A DNA stretch of 63,919 bases, counting the filler, from an uncultured Methanosarcinales archaeon (GTDB lineage Archaea > Nanobdellota > Nanobdellia > Woesearchaeales > CAYNLP01), in NCBI GenBank assembly GCA_964398115.1. It is 16 parts of 16 records of this genome, joined end to end, with 100 filler letters (N's around TTAATTAATTAA, not from the genome) between each part and the next. Parts side by side here need not be neighbours in the genome. Positions count along the whole stretch, not along the records: positions 49,853 to 52,683 come from CAYNLP010000046.1; positions 52,784 to 55,608 come from CAYNLP010000047.1; positions 55,709 to 58,485 come from CAYNLP010000048.1; positions 58,586 to 61,282 come from CAYNLP010000049.1; 12 more parts are not named here. One strand, 5' to 3'. Shown in pieces: positions 51,227 to 61,382 of this stretch. The notes beneath the pieces were generated by a model. It worked only from the letters and a program-made list of their open reading frames with translations, did not search any database and had not been told where the DNA came from. The position numbers were made by a program, and so were the translations under genes. How positions within the stretch are numbered: position 1 is the first letter of the stretch; each line of letters starts with the position of its first letter.

Positions 51227-52160
51227 CGACATGCAAGGATTACCAGATAAGAAAAACTGGATAATCATAATATTAATACTAATATCCCTGTGGATAGCAA
51301 GTGCTTTCTTAGCTAATCTTGTCAGCATATTCAAAACTGCACCAACTCCGGAAACACAAGGTAACGTAGCAATAATACCTGTTAAAGGAACTATAACCGC
51401 TGACGCGCAACAATCCACTTTTGGAAGAAGCGCCGGTGCGGGAGCTACACAAATAGTGAACTGGTTAGAAAAAGCAGAGTCAAACAATGAAATACAAGCT
51501 GTCATTCTTGAAATCAACAGCCCAGGAGGCACTGCCGTGGCGAGTGAAGAAATAGCAAAGCAAGTGAAAGAGATGAATAAAACCACTGTAGCGTGGATTA
51601 GAGAAGTCGGCGCTAGCGGGGCTTATTGGGTGTCAAGCGCTGCAGATCACATCGTCGCCAGCAAGGTAAGCACAACTGGCAGTATAGGAGTGATAGCCAG
51701 CTATCTAGAATACAGTGGCTTGCTGGACAGATTCAACATAACTTATCAAAGACTCGTAGGAGGAAAGTACAAAGACATTGGAAGTCCTTTCAAAAACCTA
51801 ACCAAGGAAGAAAGAGAGATACTCATGGACAAGATAGAAATGGTGCATGAACACTTTATCAATCGAGTTGCAGAGAATAGGAACATGTCACAAAGTGAAG
51901 TTGAAGAATTCGCAAACGGTTTAGCCTATATGGGAGGCGAGGCAGAAGACTTGGGACTTGTAGATGAAATAGGAGGGAAAGAAGAAGCAATAAACTATAT
52001 TGAAGAAAAGCACAACATCACTGTAAAGACAACGAGGTTCCAACAACAAAGGACGTTATTAGACGTGTTTGGAAACTTGATATCACAACACGGATACTAC
52101 ATGGGCAAAGGAATTAAAGACGCGTTAACAAAAAACAAAAACTTTGTGGCAAGGACTTAA
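51219..52160 (+). CDS. sppA: Signal peptide peptidase SppA (S49)
   Basis: INSPGG, GASGAYW, GSIGV and GLVDEIG. Confidence 0.93.
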   Translation: MDDDMQGLPDKKNWIIIILILISLWIASAFLANLVSIFKTAPTPETQGNVAIIPVKGTITADAQQSTFGRSAGAGATQIVNWLEKAESNNEIQAVILEINSPGGTAVASEEIAKQVKEMNKTTVAWIREVGASGAYWVSSAADHIVASKVSTTGSIGVIASYLEYSGLLDRFNITYQRLVGGKYKDIGSPFKNLTKEEREILMDKIEMVHEHFINRVAENRNMSQSEVEEFANGLAYMGGEAEDLGLVDEIGGKEEAINYIEEKHNITVKTTRFQQQRTLLDVFGNLISQHGYYMGKGIKDALTKNKNFVART

Positions 52161-52683
52161 ATCATAGGCACATCTTCTTCACTTTTGAAACCATACACAA
52201 CTAGATAGTTCCAGAAAATACCTTTTTCTTTCTTAACATTCACACTGAACCCAACATCTCTAAACACTTCTTCCACCTTGTCTATGTCACTCATCCACGG
52301 CGGATTAGGCAGGAACCAGAAGAAATCCACGTATTCAACAAAGCAAACCTTCCCGTGTTCAGGAAGTAAGTCATTAATCTCGTTCAAGACTTTCTTCACA
52401 TCCTGCAAATAGCTTAACATGCCCACGCTAAAAACTAAGTCTACGGATTTAATATTAGGATGAACCCGGTTTATTTGATGCTCATCATGTATAACCTCCA
52501 CATGAGTATATCCTTTCTCCTCCAAACGATTTTTCAAAATCTCCAAATTTTTCTCGCTCAAATCTGTTGCGTACACTTTTCCTTCCGACCCAACTTCTTC
52601 CGCCAAGTGCAAAGTTAAAGTACCAACTCCCGCTCCAAATTCCAAAATTACTTTCCTTTCTAAATCTCTAAAAATCTTCAAAA
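52157..52683 (-). CDS. Class I SAM-dependent methyltransferase domain (5'-truncated)
   Basis: ILEFGAGVG, VYATDLS and LLPEHGKVCFVE. Confidence 0.82.
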
Positions 52684-52919
52684 NNNNNNNNNNNNNNNNN
52701 NNNNNNNNNNNNNNNNNNNNNNNNNNNTTAATTAATTAANNNNNNNNNNNNNNNNNNNNNNNNNNNNNNNNNNNNNNNNNNNNATTTCATGTCGTCGTAT
52801 TGTTCCATTTCTTCATCGCATTCGGGGCATTTCATGTTATTTCTTTTTCGCTGGGTTTTTACTTATTAATGCTTTGATTTGTTAATATAGAGAAGAAAAA
52901 AATGTTTTTTCATTTGGGT

Positions 52920-53057
52920 TGCTGACTGATATTTGTATCTTAAGATGATTATTCCTTGTCCTGCATCCTGCAAAGTTTTTGCTATGTGTTCAAAATCTTT
53001 GTCTAATGTTACTAGTATGCATTTTTTCTCGCTTGGCAATTAAAGCATGCAGTGCAG
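52920..53057 (-). pseudogene. PIN toxin remnant (C-terminal part, frameshifted)
   Basis: ALHALIAKREK, then a frameshift in an A run, then CILVTLDKDF..GIIILR. No N-terminal half. Confidence 0.55.
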
Positions 53058-53168
53058 AGTTCTTTTTCTTTTTTGTCGAGAAAGTATTTCTTGTTTTAAC
53101 CGATTTTCCGTTTGTTGTTGCGAAAGGTTTAAATAGTTCACAGTATTCACAGTTTTCTGTGTTCAATG

Positions 53169-53405
53169 ATGGCTAATGTTACCGTTTCCGTACCGGATGA
53201 TTTCAAGGAAAAAATGGATGAACACTCTTGGGTTAACTGGTCTGAAGTAGCCAGGCAAGGGTTTCGGAAAAAGTTGGAAGAGTTGGAAAAGATGGATGAA
53301 ATTCTCGAAAAAAGTGAATTGACCGAAGAAGACGTGGAGAAACATGCGGAAGTTTTGAAGGAAAAAGTCTGGAACAGGATAAAAGAAAAGATTAGCAAAG
53401 ATTGA
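53169..53405 (+). CDS. RHH-type antitoxin (orphan)
   Basis: MANVTVSVPDDFKEKMDEHSWVNWSEVARQ. Confidence 0.78.
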   Translation: MANVTVSVPDDFKEKMDEHSWVNWSEVARQGFRKKLEELEKMDEILEKSELTEEDVEKHAEVLKEKVWNRIKEKISKD

Positions 53406-53533
53406 TTATTTCCAAAAGTTGTTCAGTGGTGTAAACCTCCACTTCATCTTGTTCTTCAAACACTTTGTCATCAGACCAGATCGCTATGTTTTTAGAAAGT
53501 GCTACGGCCAGGTAGGGATTATCTTTTTCATCT
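53392..53533 (-). pseudogene. PIN toxin remnant (C-terminal third only)
   Basis: DEKDNPYLAVALSKNIAIWSDDKVFEEQDEVEVYTTEQL* abuts the stop of the upstream small gene and has no in-frame start. Confidence 0.7.
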
Positions 53534-53683
53534 GACAAACTTGCCTTCTCCTTTCTTGGCCTTTCTAGCTTTCTTTGCCAGTTTCTCTCGGTTAGAAATT
53601 TGTATTATGTCCTTTAGTTCATCTACTTCTTTCTTCAAGGAGTTGATGTTCTCGTTTACCTGCTCGAGTGTTACTGACGTCAT
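53528..53683 (-). CDS. Putative antitoxin
   Basis: MTSVTLEQVNENINSLKKEVDELK..KGEGKFV, directly upstream of the PIN remnant. Confidence 0.6.
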   Translation of the reverse strand: MTSVTLEQVNENINSLKKEVDELKDIIQISNREKLAKKARKAKKGEGKFVR

Positions 53684-53874
53684 ATCCACAGTTAAGATTT
53701 CTTTGTTAATAAAGTTAACCATAAGAATTTCGAAAAGCCTTTATTGTATATATGGAAAAGAAAAAGAAGAAGTTACAGCCAGCAACTCCGTTGCTGGAAA
53801 AAGCGAAACTCTGTTTCGCAGATTGGTCGCTGGGGCGACAGACTTAAATAAAAAGAACAGGAAAAGAGAAAGCG

Positions 53875-54561
53875 ATGAGATTTCCCAGTTGGCTGAAGCC
53901 TTCCAAGAGCAACCTGACCTACACCGTACTTTTCATGATCTTCAACTTCGGGCTCTTACTTCTGTCCATAAAAATATATCACCTCTCAATGTTTACGGCA
54001 TTATTGCTTTACCTCCCAACGATAAAACTCGCCGAAATCCTCGGAGGATCCATGATTGTCCTGGGCATAACCAGTTTGCTGTACTCTTATCTGGTCGGCT
54101 GCTTGATTGACCTCGGCTTCAGCTCCCTGAATGAGAAGAACAAGAAGTGGGCTTTAGGGATAGTTTTGGGAGCCGTCCTGGTATTTGCCGCATTCATATT
54201 GTATCCATCCGGGCCAAGCGCCCCGGGAGATGCTAAGAACTGCGGCTCGGAGGAGATCATCTACAGTAATGACTTCGACACCGAGAGGGAGTGCTTCGCC
54301 GAAGCCGCGCGGAACTGCGAGCCCGCAAAGATGGAGACTATAAACTACATGTTAGATGGGGATACCATAAAGCGAAAGTACTGGATAGACGACCAGTGCA
54401 GGTTCCACAGATACGAGGACAGGCGCAACGCGTACGGCACAGTGAATGAGTCTTACGAGATCTGCGAAGAATTCAATTATTCTGTAGAAAGAACTCCTAG
54501 GGACGACCAGACCATCCACAACATATGGTTTTCCTTCAACAACTGCACTAGAGAATACTGA
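53875..54561 (+). CDS. Hypothetical membrane protein with a Cys-containing extracellular domain
   Basis: Four TM helices, then ECFAEAARNCEPA. Visibly more GC-rich than its flanks. Confidence 0.65.
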   Translation: MRFPSWLKPSKSNLTYTVLFMIFNFGLLLLSIKIYHLSMFTALLLYLPTIKLAEILGGSMIVLGITSLLYSYLVGCLIDLGFSSLNEKNKKWALGIVLGAVLVFAAFILYPSGPSAPGDAKNCGSEEIIYSNDFDTERECFAEAARNCEPAKMETINYMLDGDTIKRKYWIDDQCRFHRYEDRRNAYGTVNESYEICEEFNYSVERTPRDDQTIHNIWFSFNNCTREY

Positions 54562-54591
54562 AAGAATTGTTACAGTCAAAGGCTGGAGTTT

Positions 54592-54855
54592 TTATCTGTG
54601 GAAGACTCTTGGTCTCTTGTCTATCTTTGTAACGAGGACGAGTTTTTCGTCTTGTCTTACTTGGTAGAGTGCTCTGTGGTCTCCTATCCTTATTCGGTAA
54701 ACGTTGTAGTCTTTTGTTTTTCCTATGTGTTTTGCGTCGCTCGGTACTTGGTTTTTGGATAGTGGCTTGAGTTTTTCTATTATTCTTTGGCTGGTTTGGT
54801 CTTCCAGCTTTTTGAGATATCTTTCAGCTCTCTGAGAAAGGTGTACTTCGTACAA
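54592..54855 (-). CDS. relE: RelE/ParE-family toxin
   Basis: AERYLKKL, VYRIRIGDHRALY and KIDKRPRVF. Confidence 0.9.
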   Translation of the reverse strand: MYEVHLSQRAERYLKKLEDQTSQRIIEKLKPLSKNQVPSDAKHIGKTKDYNVYRIRIGDHRALYQVRQDEKLVLVTKIDKRPRVFHR

Positions 54856-54857
54856 TT

Positions 54858-55031
54858 TTATGCTATCCTGGCTGTCTTCCCTTTTTCTAGATCGTTTTCT
54901 GCTTGTTGTATGCTTTCGAGGTCGTCTTCAGTTAGTATTAGGTCTGCATCTATGATTTTATCTTTAAGTTTTTTCATTTCCGATTCTATGGAGTTCAGCC
55001 TTTTCATGATTTTTTCATTGTCTGTTGCCAT
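54858..55031 (-). CDS. Antitoxin of the RelE module
   Basis: Manual translation MATDNEKIMKRLNSIESEMKKLKDKIIDADLILTEDDLESIQQAENDLEKGKT. Confidence 0.78.
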   Translation of the reverse strand: MATDNEKIMKRLNSIESEMKKLKDKIIDADLILTEDDLESIQQAENDLEKGKTARIA

Positions 55032-55153
55032 GTTTTTGTTTTAAGCTATGAAATTATTTAAAGTTATCCGTTAAGTTTTCGGAAAAGCTATTTTTTGTTC
55101 ATATTGAAAAGAAATAAATTTTTAAACGATGGTTTCGAGTTGTTTTTTGCTTT

Positions 55154-55608
55154 ATGGAAAGTGATTTAGAAAGGTTGTTGGGAGAGTTGAGGATGATGGC
55201 GGCGAGAGTCGTCGCTATTGGCGGGGTTTCTTTGGCTAGTAGTTGTTTAACTTCTGATCCTGCTCGTTTGCCTGAGCCGAGCAAGAGTGTTGCGGGCGGG
55301 GTTTACGGCGTTCCTTTTCATTATGTTGAGAACGAGTTGGCCGTGGATGGTGAGAATGGTACTCGTAACAGGGCTAGTTTTTTAGTGGGTGATAGTGTTT
55401 ACGAGTTTATCGACGTCCGTAACGATAGGGATTTGGATGAAGTTTGGGCTAGTGATGTTCGTGTCGATCGTATTAGGATTTTGGGTGGTGACACGACGAC
55501 TTTGTACAGGGATAGTGTTTCTGAAAACGTTTTGGAAGAGTTTGAAAAGGCGGATGAGGCTTTTGACACCTTACGTGATTTGTTGCAGGGTTACAGGTCA
55601 GATGTTTC
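55154..55608 (+). CDS. Hypothetical protein (possible lipoprotein), 3'-truncated
   Basis: Hydrophobic stretch ending in LASSC. Confidence 0.5.
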
Positions 55609-55762
55609 NNNNNNNNNNNNNNNNNNNNNNNNNNNNNNNNNNNNNNNNNNNNTTAATTAATTAANNNNNNNNNNNNNNNNNNNNNNNNNNNNNNNNNNNN
55701 NNNNNNNNAATGAAAGATAGTGAAGAACTAACAGACTTCATGAAAGAAGAGGAAGAATAAAT

Positions 55763-56395
55763 CTAATACAGCAAAGAATTAATTTCTTTCTTAACAGTTT
55801 CAAAAACTCTTTCTATACCCTGATTTTCTGCATCAATAACTATAAATCGGGAATCATTCTCTGCCATTTGCAGATAACCTTCCCGTACCCTATTATGAAA
55901 ACCTATAGGTGCCTGCTCCAACCTATCTCCTCCATCACCAAATTCATATTTTTCACATCTCCTCAACCCTGTTTCAGGTGAAACATCAAGGATAAAAGTC
56001 AAGTCTGGAACCAAACCGTGAGAAGCAGATTTATTTAAGTCATGTATTAATTCTAAATCAAGTCCTCTGCCAAATCCTTGATATGCAGTTGTAGAGTCAT
56101 AAAACCTATCAAGAATTACAAAATCATTTCGTTCCAAACCAGGTTTTAGAAATTCCTCCGTAAATTGCGCTCTAGCCGCTTCGTAAAGAAAAAGTTCTGC
56201 AGGGGCTACCACATCTTTTCCATCACGAGGCTTTTGAATAATCTCTCTGATTTCTTCAGAAATATCAACACTACCCGGTTCTCTACCAGTATCCACGCTA
56301 TAACCCTCAGAAGTTAGATAAGCAGCTAATTTCTCAACCATAGTTCCTTTACCACTCCCTTCTCCACCTTCAAAAGTGATAAGTTTCCCACTCAT
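55763..56395 (-). CDS. tmk: Thymidylate kinase
   Basis: ITFEGGEGSGKGT, REPG, LDRFYDSTTAYQG and PDLTFILDV. Confidence 0.96.
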   Translation of the reverse strand: MSGKLITFEGGEGSGKGTMVEKLAAYLTSEGYSVDTGREPGSVDISEEIREIIQKPRDGKDVVAPAELFLYEAARAQFTEEFLKPGLERNDFVILDRFYDSTTAYQGFGRGLDLELIHDLNKSASHGLVPDLTFILDVSPETGLRRCEKYEFGDGGDRLEQAPIGFHNRVREGYLQMAENDSRFIVIDAENQGIERVFETVKKEINSLLY

Positions 56396-56865
56396 TCTTT
56401 CCTCCTATACTTTTTCAAAATAAACTCATCAAATTCTTTCTCATTTTCCAACATCCAGTTAGATTTATCAAATTCTGGAAAGTAAGTGTCGCCGTCAACT
56501 TTTCTGTCAACTACGGAAATAAACATTTTATCAGCGACATCCAACGTTTGTTCGTAAATACTCTCTCCACCGATCACGTACAAGTCACCTTCATAACTTT
56601 CTGCTTTTTCCAAACCTTGTTCAACACTACGACAAACATCAATGCCCTCTCTTTCTTCCATTGTAGTGCTCACCACAATATTGTTCCTATCTGGCAAAGG
56701 AGTATAACTTTCAGGTAAACTTTCAAACGTTTTTCTTCCCATCAACACCGTGTGTCCAGAGGTTAATTCTTTGAAGTGTTTCATATCTTCTGGAATGTAC
56801 CAAGGTATCTCTCCATCTTTTCCAATCACACGATCCGGTGTCATAGCTACGACGATAGCAATCAT
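56392..56865 (-). CDS. folA: Dihydrofolate reductase
   Basis: VIGKDGEIPW.IPEDMKHFK, MGRKTFES, IGGESIY and GDTYFP. Confidence 0.96.
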   Translation of the reverse strand: MIAIVVAMTPDRVIGKDGEIPWYIPEDMKHFKELTSGHTVLMGRKTFESLPESYTPLPDRNNIVVSTTMEEREGIDVCRSVEQGLEKAESYEGDLYVIGGESIYEQTLDVADKMFISVVDRKVDGDTYFPEFDKSNWMLENEKEFDEFILKKYRRKE

Positions 56866-56866
56866 T

Positions 56867-57796
56867 TCACACACTAATAGGAGCTTTTATAGCAGGATGA
56901 GGATTATAATTTTTCAATTCAAAATCGTCATATGTAAAGTCGTCAATATCATCAATTTCAGGATTCAAATGTAGCTCAGGTAGTTCTCTCGGCTCTCTAC
57001 TAAGTTGCTCTTCCGCTTGTTCTATATGGTTTTTGTACAAGTGCACATCCCCAAAGGTATGGACAAACTCACCAGGTTCGTAACCTGTCACCTGCGCCAT
57101 CATCTCTGTTAGTAAAGAGTAGCTAGCGATGTTAAAAGGGACGCCTAAGAACACATCTGCACTCCTCTGGTATAATTGACAACTGAGTTTTCCATCTCTA
57201 ACATAGAATTGGAACATGGTATGGCATGGAGGTGGAGCACCGGTTGAATCATCAACTAATCCTTTAATCTCTCCTATGTTCCAACCGTTCACTATAATCC
57301 TTCTACTGTATGGCCTGTTTTCAATCATGTCGATGGCTTGTTGTATTTGATCTACCGGGTTTCCGTCTTTGTCTTCCCAAGCACGCCATTGTTTCCCATA
57401 AACTGGTCCAAGTTCACCCCATTTTTCAGCGAACTCTTCACTTTTTCTTATACGCTCAGAAAATTCACTTTTTTTACTCTTCCATTCGTCACTATACCTT
57501 TCAATTTTATCATCAAGTCCTTTGGCTTCTAAGTATTTCTGAAAAGGCCAGTCAGTCCAGATATCTACGCCGTGATCTTCTAAATATTTAATGTTAGTAT
57601 CGCCTCTTAAGAACCAGAGTAGTTCATGTGCGACGCCTTTAAACCAAACCTTTTTCGTAGTTAGTAAAGGAAATTTTTCACCAAGGTCGTGTCTCATCTG
57701 ATAACCGAAACAACTAAGAGTTCCTGTACCGGTACGGTCGTCGCTCTCCTTCCCACTATCTAAAACGTGCTGCAATAAATCAAGATATTTCTCCAT
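56867..57796 (-). CDS. thyA: Thymidylate synthase ThyA
   Basis: [25 protein letters not shown] and [18 protein letters not shown]. Confidence 0.97.
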   Translation of the reverse strand: MEKYLDLLQHVLDSGKESDDRTGTGTLSCFGYQMRHDLGEKFPLLTTKKVWFKGVAHELLWFLRGDTNIKYLEDHGVDIWTDWPFQKYLEAKGLDDKIERYSDEWKSKKSEFSERIRKSEEFAEKWGELGPVYGKQWRAWEDKDGNPVDQIQQAIDMIENRPYSRRIIVNGWNIGEIKGLVDDSTGAPPPCHTMFQFYVRDGKLSCQLYQRSADVFLGVPFNIASYSLLTEMMAQVTGYEPGEFVHTFGDVHLYKNHIEQAEEQLSREPRELPELHLNPEIDDIDDFTYDDFELKNYNPHPAIKAPISV

Positions 57797-57910
57797 CTCT
57801 AACCCCCTTAACTTTGAAGAGAAATTAGAAGTATATAAGTTTTTTGCAGAGAAGAACAAACAGATTTATATAATTGTTATCAAAACAATTAAATCCAGGG
57901 GGTTTTTGAA

Positions 57911-58485
57911 GTGAGGTTTTTACCAAGCTGTGATGAAGAAATTTACAAGATCATACAAGATGAAAAAGAACGCCAGCAATCCGGTCTTGAATTAATTCCT
58001 AGCGAGAATTTGGTAAGTCCTGCTGTTCTTGAAGCGATGGGTAGCGTTCTTACTAACAAGTATAGCGAGGGTTATCCCGGAAGAAGATATTACGGTGGTA
58101 ATGAGTTTATTGATCAAGCAGAGAATTTGGCGATTGAAAGATGTAAGGAATTGTTTGATGCTGACCATGTGAACGTGCAGTCTTACAGTGGGAGTCCGGC
58201 TAACATGGCAGTTTATTATGCTTTGATGGAGGTGGGTGACAAGTTCATGGGTATGAAGTTAAACCATGGCGGTCACTTAACACACGGACATCATGTAAAC
58301 TTTTCAGGTAATTTGTATAACGCGATTAGTTATGGCGTTCGAAAGAGTGATGAAAGGATTGATTTTGAACAAGTTCGCAAGTTGGCGAAGGAGGAAAATC
58401 CTGAAATTATAGAAGCTGGCTTCACCGCATATCCAAGAGAGGTGGAGTGGAAAAGATTTAAGGAAATTTGCGATGAAGTTGGATC
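57911..58485 (+). CDS. glyA: Serine hydroxymethyltransferase, N-terminal half
   Basis: [24 protein letters not shown] and GGHLTHG. Confidence 0.96.
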
Positions 58486-58718
58486 NNNNNNNNNNNNNNN
58501 NNNNNNNNNNNNNNNNNNNNNNNNNNNNNTTAATTAATTAANNNNNNNNNNNNNNNNNNNNNNNNNNNNNNNNNNNNNNNNNNNNTGAATCCTGGAATCG
58601 CTCCAAAAACTCCTGGGTTTGGACTTTGAATGCTGTCGTCGTATAAAAAAACTGGTTCGTCTGACATTTATTTACCTCCTTAGAACTCACCTCTCTGATG
58701 GTTGATTTTTTTTATTTG

Positions 58719-59267
58719 TTAATATCTTTTCAGGATTTGTTGCATTTCTCTTATTTCGCTTGTTTGTACTTGTATCACTTTTTGTGCGAAGTTTTCTACT
58801 TCGGGTCTTGGGTTTAATCTTAAAACTTGGTGTGCCATCATCACTGCCATTCTGTGGTGCATGATCATCCCTTGTATGTAGGCCACGTCTTTATTATCTC
58901 CTTTAAGTCTTTGTAGGTTGGGCATCATTTCTTCATAACTTGGTTTGTACCCGCCGTTGTAGTATTCGTTTTTCCAATTTTCTAACATTTCAATCTCACG
59001 GGTTTGTGCATTTATTATTCGTTGTGCTAAGTCTTTCAACTCTGAGTTATTAGTTGAGTTGAGAATTACCTTGCTGGTGTCGACGGCTTCTTGATGGTGG
59101 GGTATCATTTCTACCACGAATTTTTCTTCACTGTTTACCATCATGTGATGCATGCCGTTTTGCATTGGTCCCATTCCTTGTCCCATGGGTCCTTGTCTTT
59201 GGCTAGGACTGGGGGTAGTGCAACCTGCTAGGATTATTAGAATTGTTACCATCAGTGTTTTTCTCAT
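58719..59267 (-). CDS. DUF305 family lipoprotein (CopM-like)
   Basis: Lipobox ILAGC, MIPHHQEAV, MIMHHRMAVMMA and Q..EI..M repeats. Confidence 0.88.
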   Translation of the reverse strand: MRKTLMVTILIILAGCTTPSPSQRQGPMGQGMGPMQNGMHHMMVNSEEKFVVEMIPHHQEAVDTSKVILNSTNNSELKDLAQRIINAQTREIEMLENWKNEYYNGGYKPSYEEMMPNLQRLKGDNKDVAYIQGMIMHHRMAVMMAHQVLRLNPRPEVENFAQKVIQVQTSEIREMQQILKRY

Positions 59268-59357
59268 AATTAGGAAGAAGTTTTCTTTGTTAATAAAGTT
59301 ATTTATGTTGTGGGGAGAAACGAAGTTTTTTATTCTATCCCTTATTTTTGCCATTTC

Positions 59358-60161
59358 ATGTTAGGTAGTTATGTGTTTGTATTCATTGCAGGTCTTATCA
59401 CAGCAATAGCTACAGGAATTGGTGCTTTACCGTTCTTTTTCTGGGAAGATGCTAGTTTTTTCAAACGGGAAGATAGTCAGACGGTGATGTGGAGTTTTGC
59501 CGGTGGCATAATGGTCGCCGCTTCACTTTTTGGTCTTTTCCGTGAAGGTTTGGTTGAAGGCACAGTGGTTGAAGTCGGCATTGGTGCTTTGCTCGGGGCT
59601 GTTCTTGTTTATGTGTCGAATCATTTCTTGTCTGGAACTGATATTAGTCCTGAGGAGTTGCCTGAAGCAGATGTTAGGAAACTCTTGCTTATCTTGGGTG
59701 TTTTGACAGTTCACAGCTTTCCAGAAGGTGTCGCGGTTGGTGTCAGTTTTGCTGATTTGAACTTTGGCACCGGTATTGCCATTCTTGGTTTTACTGTTCC
59801 TGCTTTGGCGATTTACATGACCATTGCTATCAGTATTCATAACGTTCCGGAGGGTTTGGCTATTAGTATTCCTTTGAACCAATTGGGTTTGGAGCGTTGG
59901 AAGCTTATTTGGTGGAGTGTTTTCAGTAGTTTGCCGCAGCCGGTTGGTGCGGTGATCGCTTTTGGTTTTGTCAGGTGGGCTAGGATGTTCATGCCTTACG
60001 GCTTTGGCTTTGCCGGTGGGGCGATGGTTTACTTGGTGTTTACTGAGTTTATTCCGGAAGCGTGGGAAGAAGGTAGGGAATTGTATGGGAATGGTTTGTG
60101 GCATATCTTGGCTAGTTTCTTACTTGGCGTGGGTATTATGATACCTTTGATATATTTGTAA
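59358..60161 (+). CDS. ZIP family metal transporter (GufA/ZupT-like)
   Basis: TVHSFPEGVAVG and SIHNVPEGLAISIP. Confidence 0.92.
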   Translation: MLGSYVFVFIAGLITAIATGIGALPFFFWEDASFFKREDSQTVMWSFAGGIMVAASLFGLFREGLVEGTVVEVGIGALLGAVLVYVSNHFLSGTDISPEELPEADVRKLLLILGVLTVHSFPEGVAVGVSFADLNFGTGIAILGFTVPALAIYMTIAISIHNVPEGLAISIPLNQLGLERWKLIWWSVFSSLPQPVGAVIAFGFVRWARMFMPYGFGFAGGAMVYLVFTEFIPEAWEEGRELYGNGLWHILASFLLGVGIMIPLIYL

Positions 60162-60265
60162 GAAAATTTGTTAGAAGTTAGCTTTGATGATGTGTTTTCT
60201 GAATAAATTTTTTATAGTTATACTTTTCTTGAGAATGGAAGGGAAAATGGTTTGAGGTTTTTGGT

Positions 60266-61018
60266 GTGGAGTTGAAAAAAGTTTTTAAGAAGTTTTTGGA
60301 TAATGATTTGCCGTTGTATGCTGCGGCGTTGAGCTTCTATACCGTGTTTGCCCTAGGGCCTTTGTTTTTCATCGTCGTTTTTGTGGGTAGCTTATTTTTC
60401 GACGCTATTAAGGGAGTTCTTGAATCCTTGTTGGCTACAATGTTTGAAGGGAGTTCTGCTGAATTGATGGAGTTTATACAGGCTTATTCTATGGGAGGGG
60501 AGGGACTTGTAGCGACCATGGTTGGTGTTGTCGCTTTGTTGTTTGCCGGTGTCAGACTCTTTGGTGTATTGCAGACTGCTCTAGGCAAGATTTGGGGTGA
60601 AGAAGTTAGGCATCGTATGGGTGTGGCTTTGCTTATAATTTTAGTTTCTGGATTGGTGGTGTTGGGTGTGCTCACGCTTCAAATACTCGCTCCATTTTCG
60701 AATACTTTTGTCACTCACGGGGCTGGCATCCTTACAGTTTTCTTATTGTTAACGTTTATTTACAAGTTCATGCCTACCGCGCCGTTGGTATGGCAGGATG
60801 CTTTCTTAACGGCGGGTATCACAACTATTTTCTTCGTGATAGGTGAGACTTTGATAGGTTGGGTGTTCGGTAATGTAAATGCTTTTAGTGTAGGCAATGC
60901 TGTTATTGGTTTGTTGATAATAATATATTATAATTGGCAGGTTGTGTTGTTAGGAGGTCAATTTGCCAGAGAATATATTGAAGATAGGGAGAGGAAGGAT
61001 TTTGGGCTTTACGAGTAG
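60266..61018 (+). CDS. YihY/BrkB family membrane protein
   Basis: AAALSFYTVFALGP, IYKFMP and IYYNWQVVLLGG. Confidence 0.85.
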   Translation: MELKKVFKKFLDNDLPLYAAALSFYTVFALGPLFFIVVFVGSLFFDAIKGVLESLLATMFEGSSAELMEFIQAYSMGGEGLVATMVGVVALLFAGVRLFGVLQTALGKIWGEEVRHRMGVALLIILVSGLVVLGVLTLQILAPFSNTFVTHGAGILTVFLLLTFIYKFMPTAPLVWQDAFLTAGITTIFFVIGETLIGWVFGNVNAFSVGNAVIGLLIIIYYNWQVVLLGGQFAREYIEDRERKDFGLYE

Positions 61019-61382
61019 AGGCCGACAACTTTGTTGCTAGTTTTTTAGAGTTAGTTTATTCTAAGGCTTTGAGGATATCTTTGGTTTCTGAAGCTATTTC
61101 TCTAAAGCTTTTTCTAGTCTTAATTTTCTTTTTTAGACGTTCTTTTTCTTCTTCTGTCATGGGAATTCACCTGTTTTGATCCATTCGGCCCCTCCCTTGC
61201 TCATAACATTTCTAAAATATCGTCAACTTTGGGATGCCACATATGAGAATTTGTGGATAAAGAAGTATTTAAGGTTAACCAANNNNNNNNNNNNNNNNNN
61301 NNNNNNNNNNNNNNNNNNNNNNNNNNTTAATTAATTAANNNNNNNNNNNNNNNNNNNNNNNNNNNNNNNNNNNNNNNNNNNN

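Noticed and set aside
61056..61243. Small ORFs possibly from a decayed Doc/Fic TA module
   Set aside because: The fragments are too short to support a family call.
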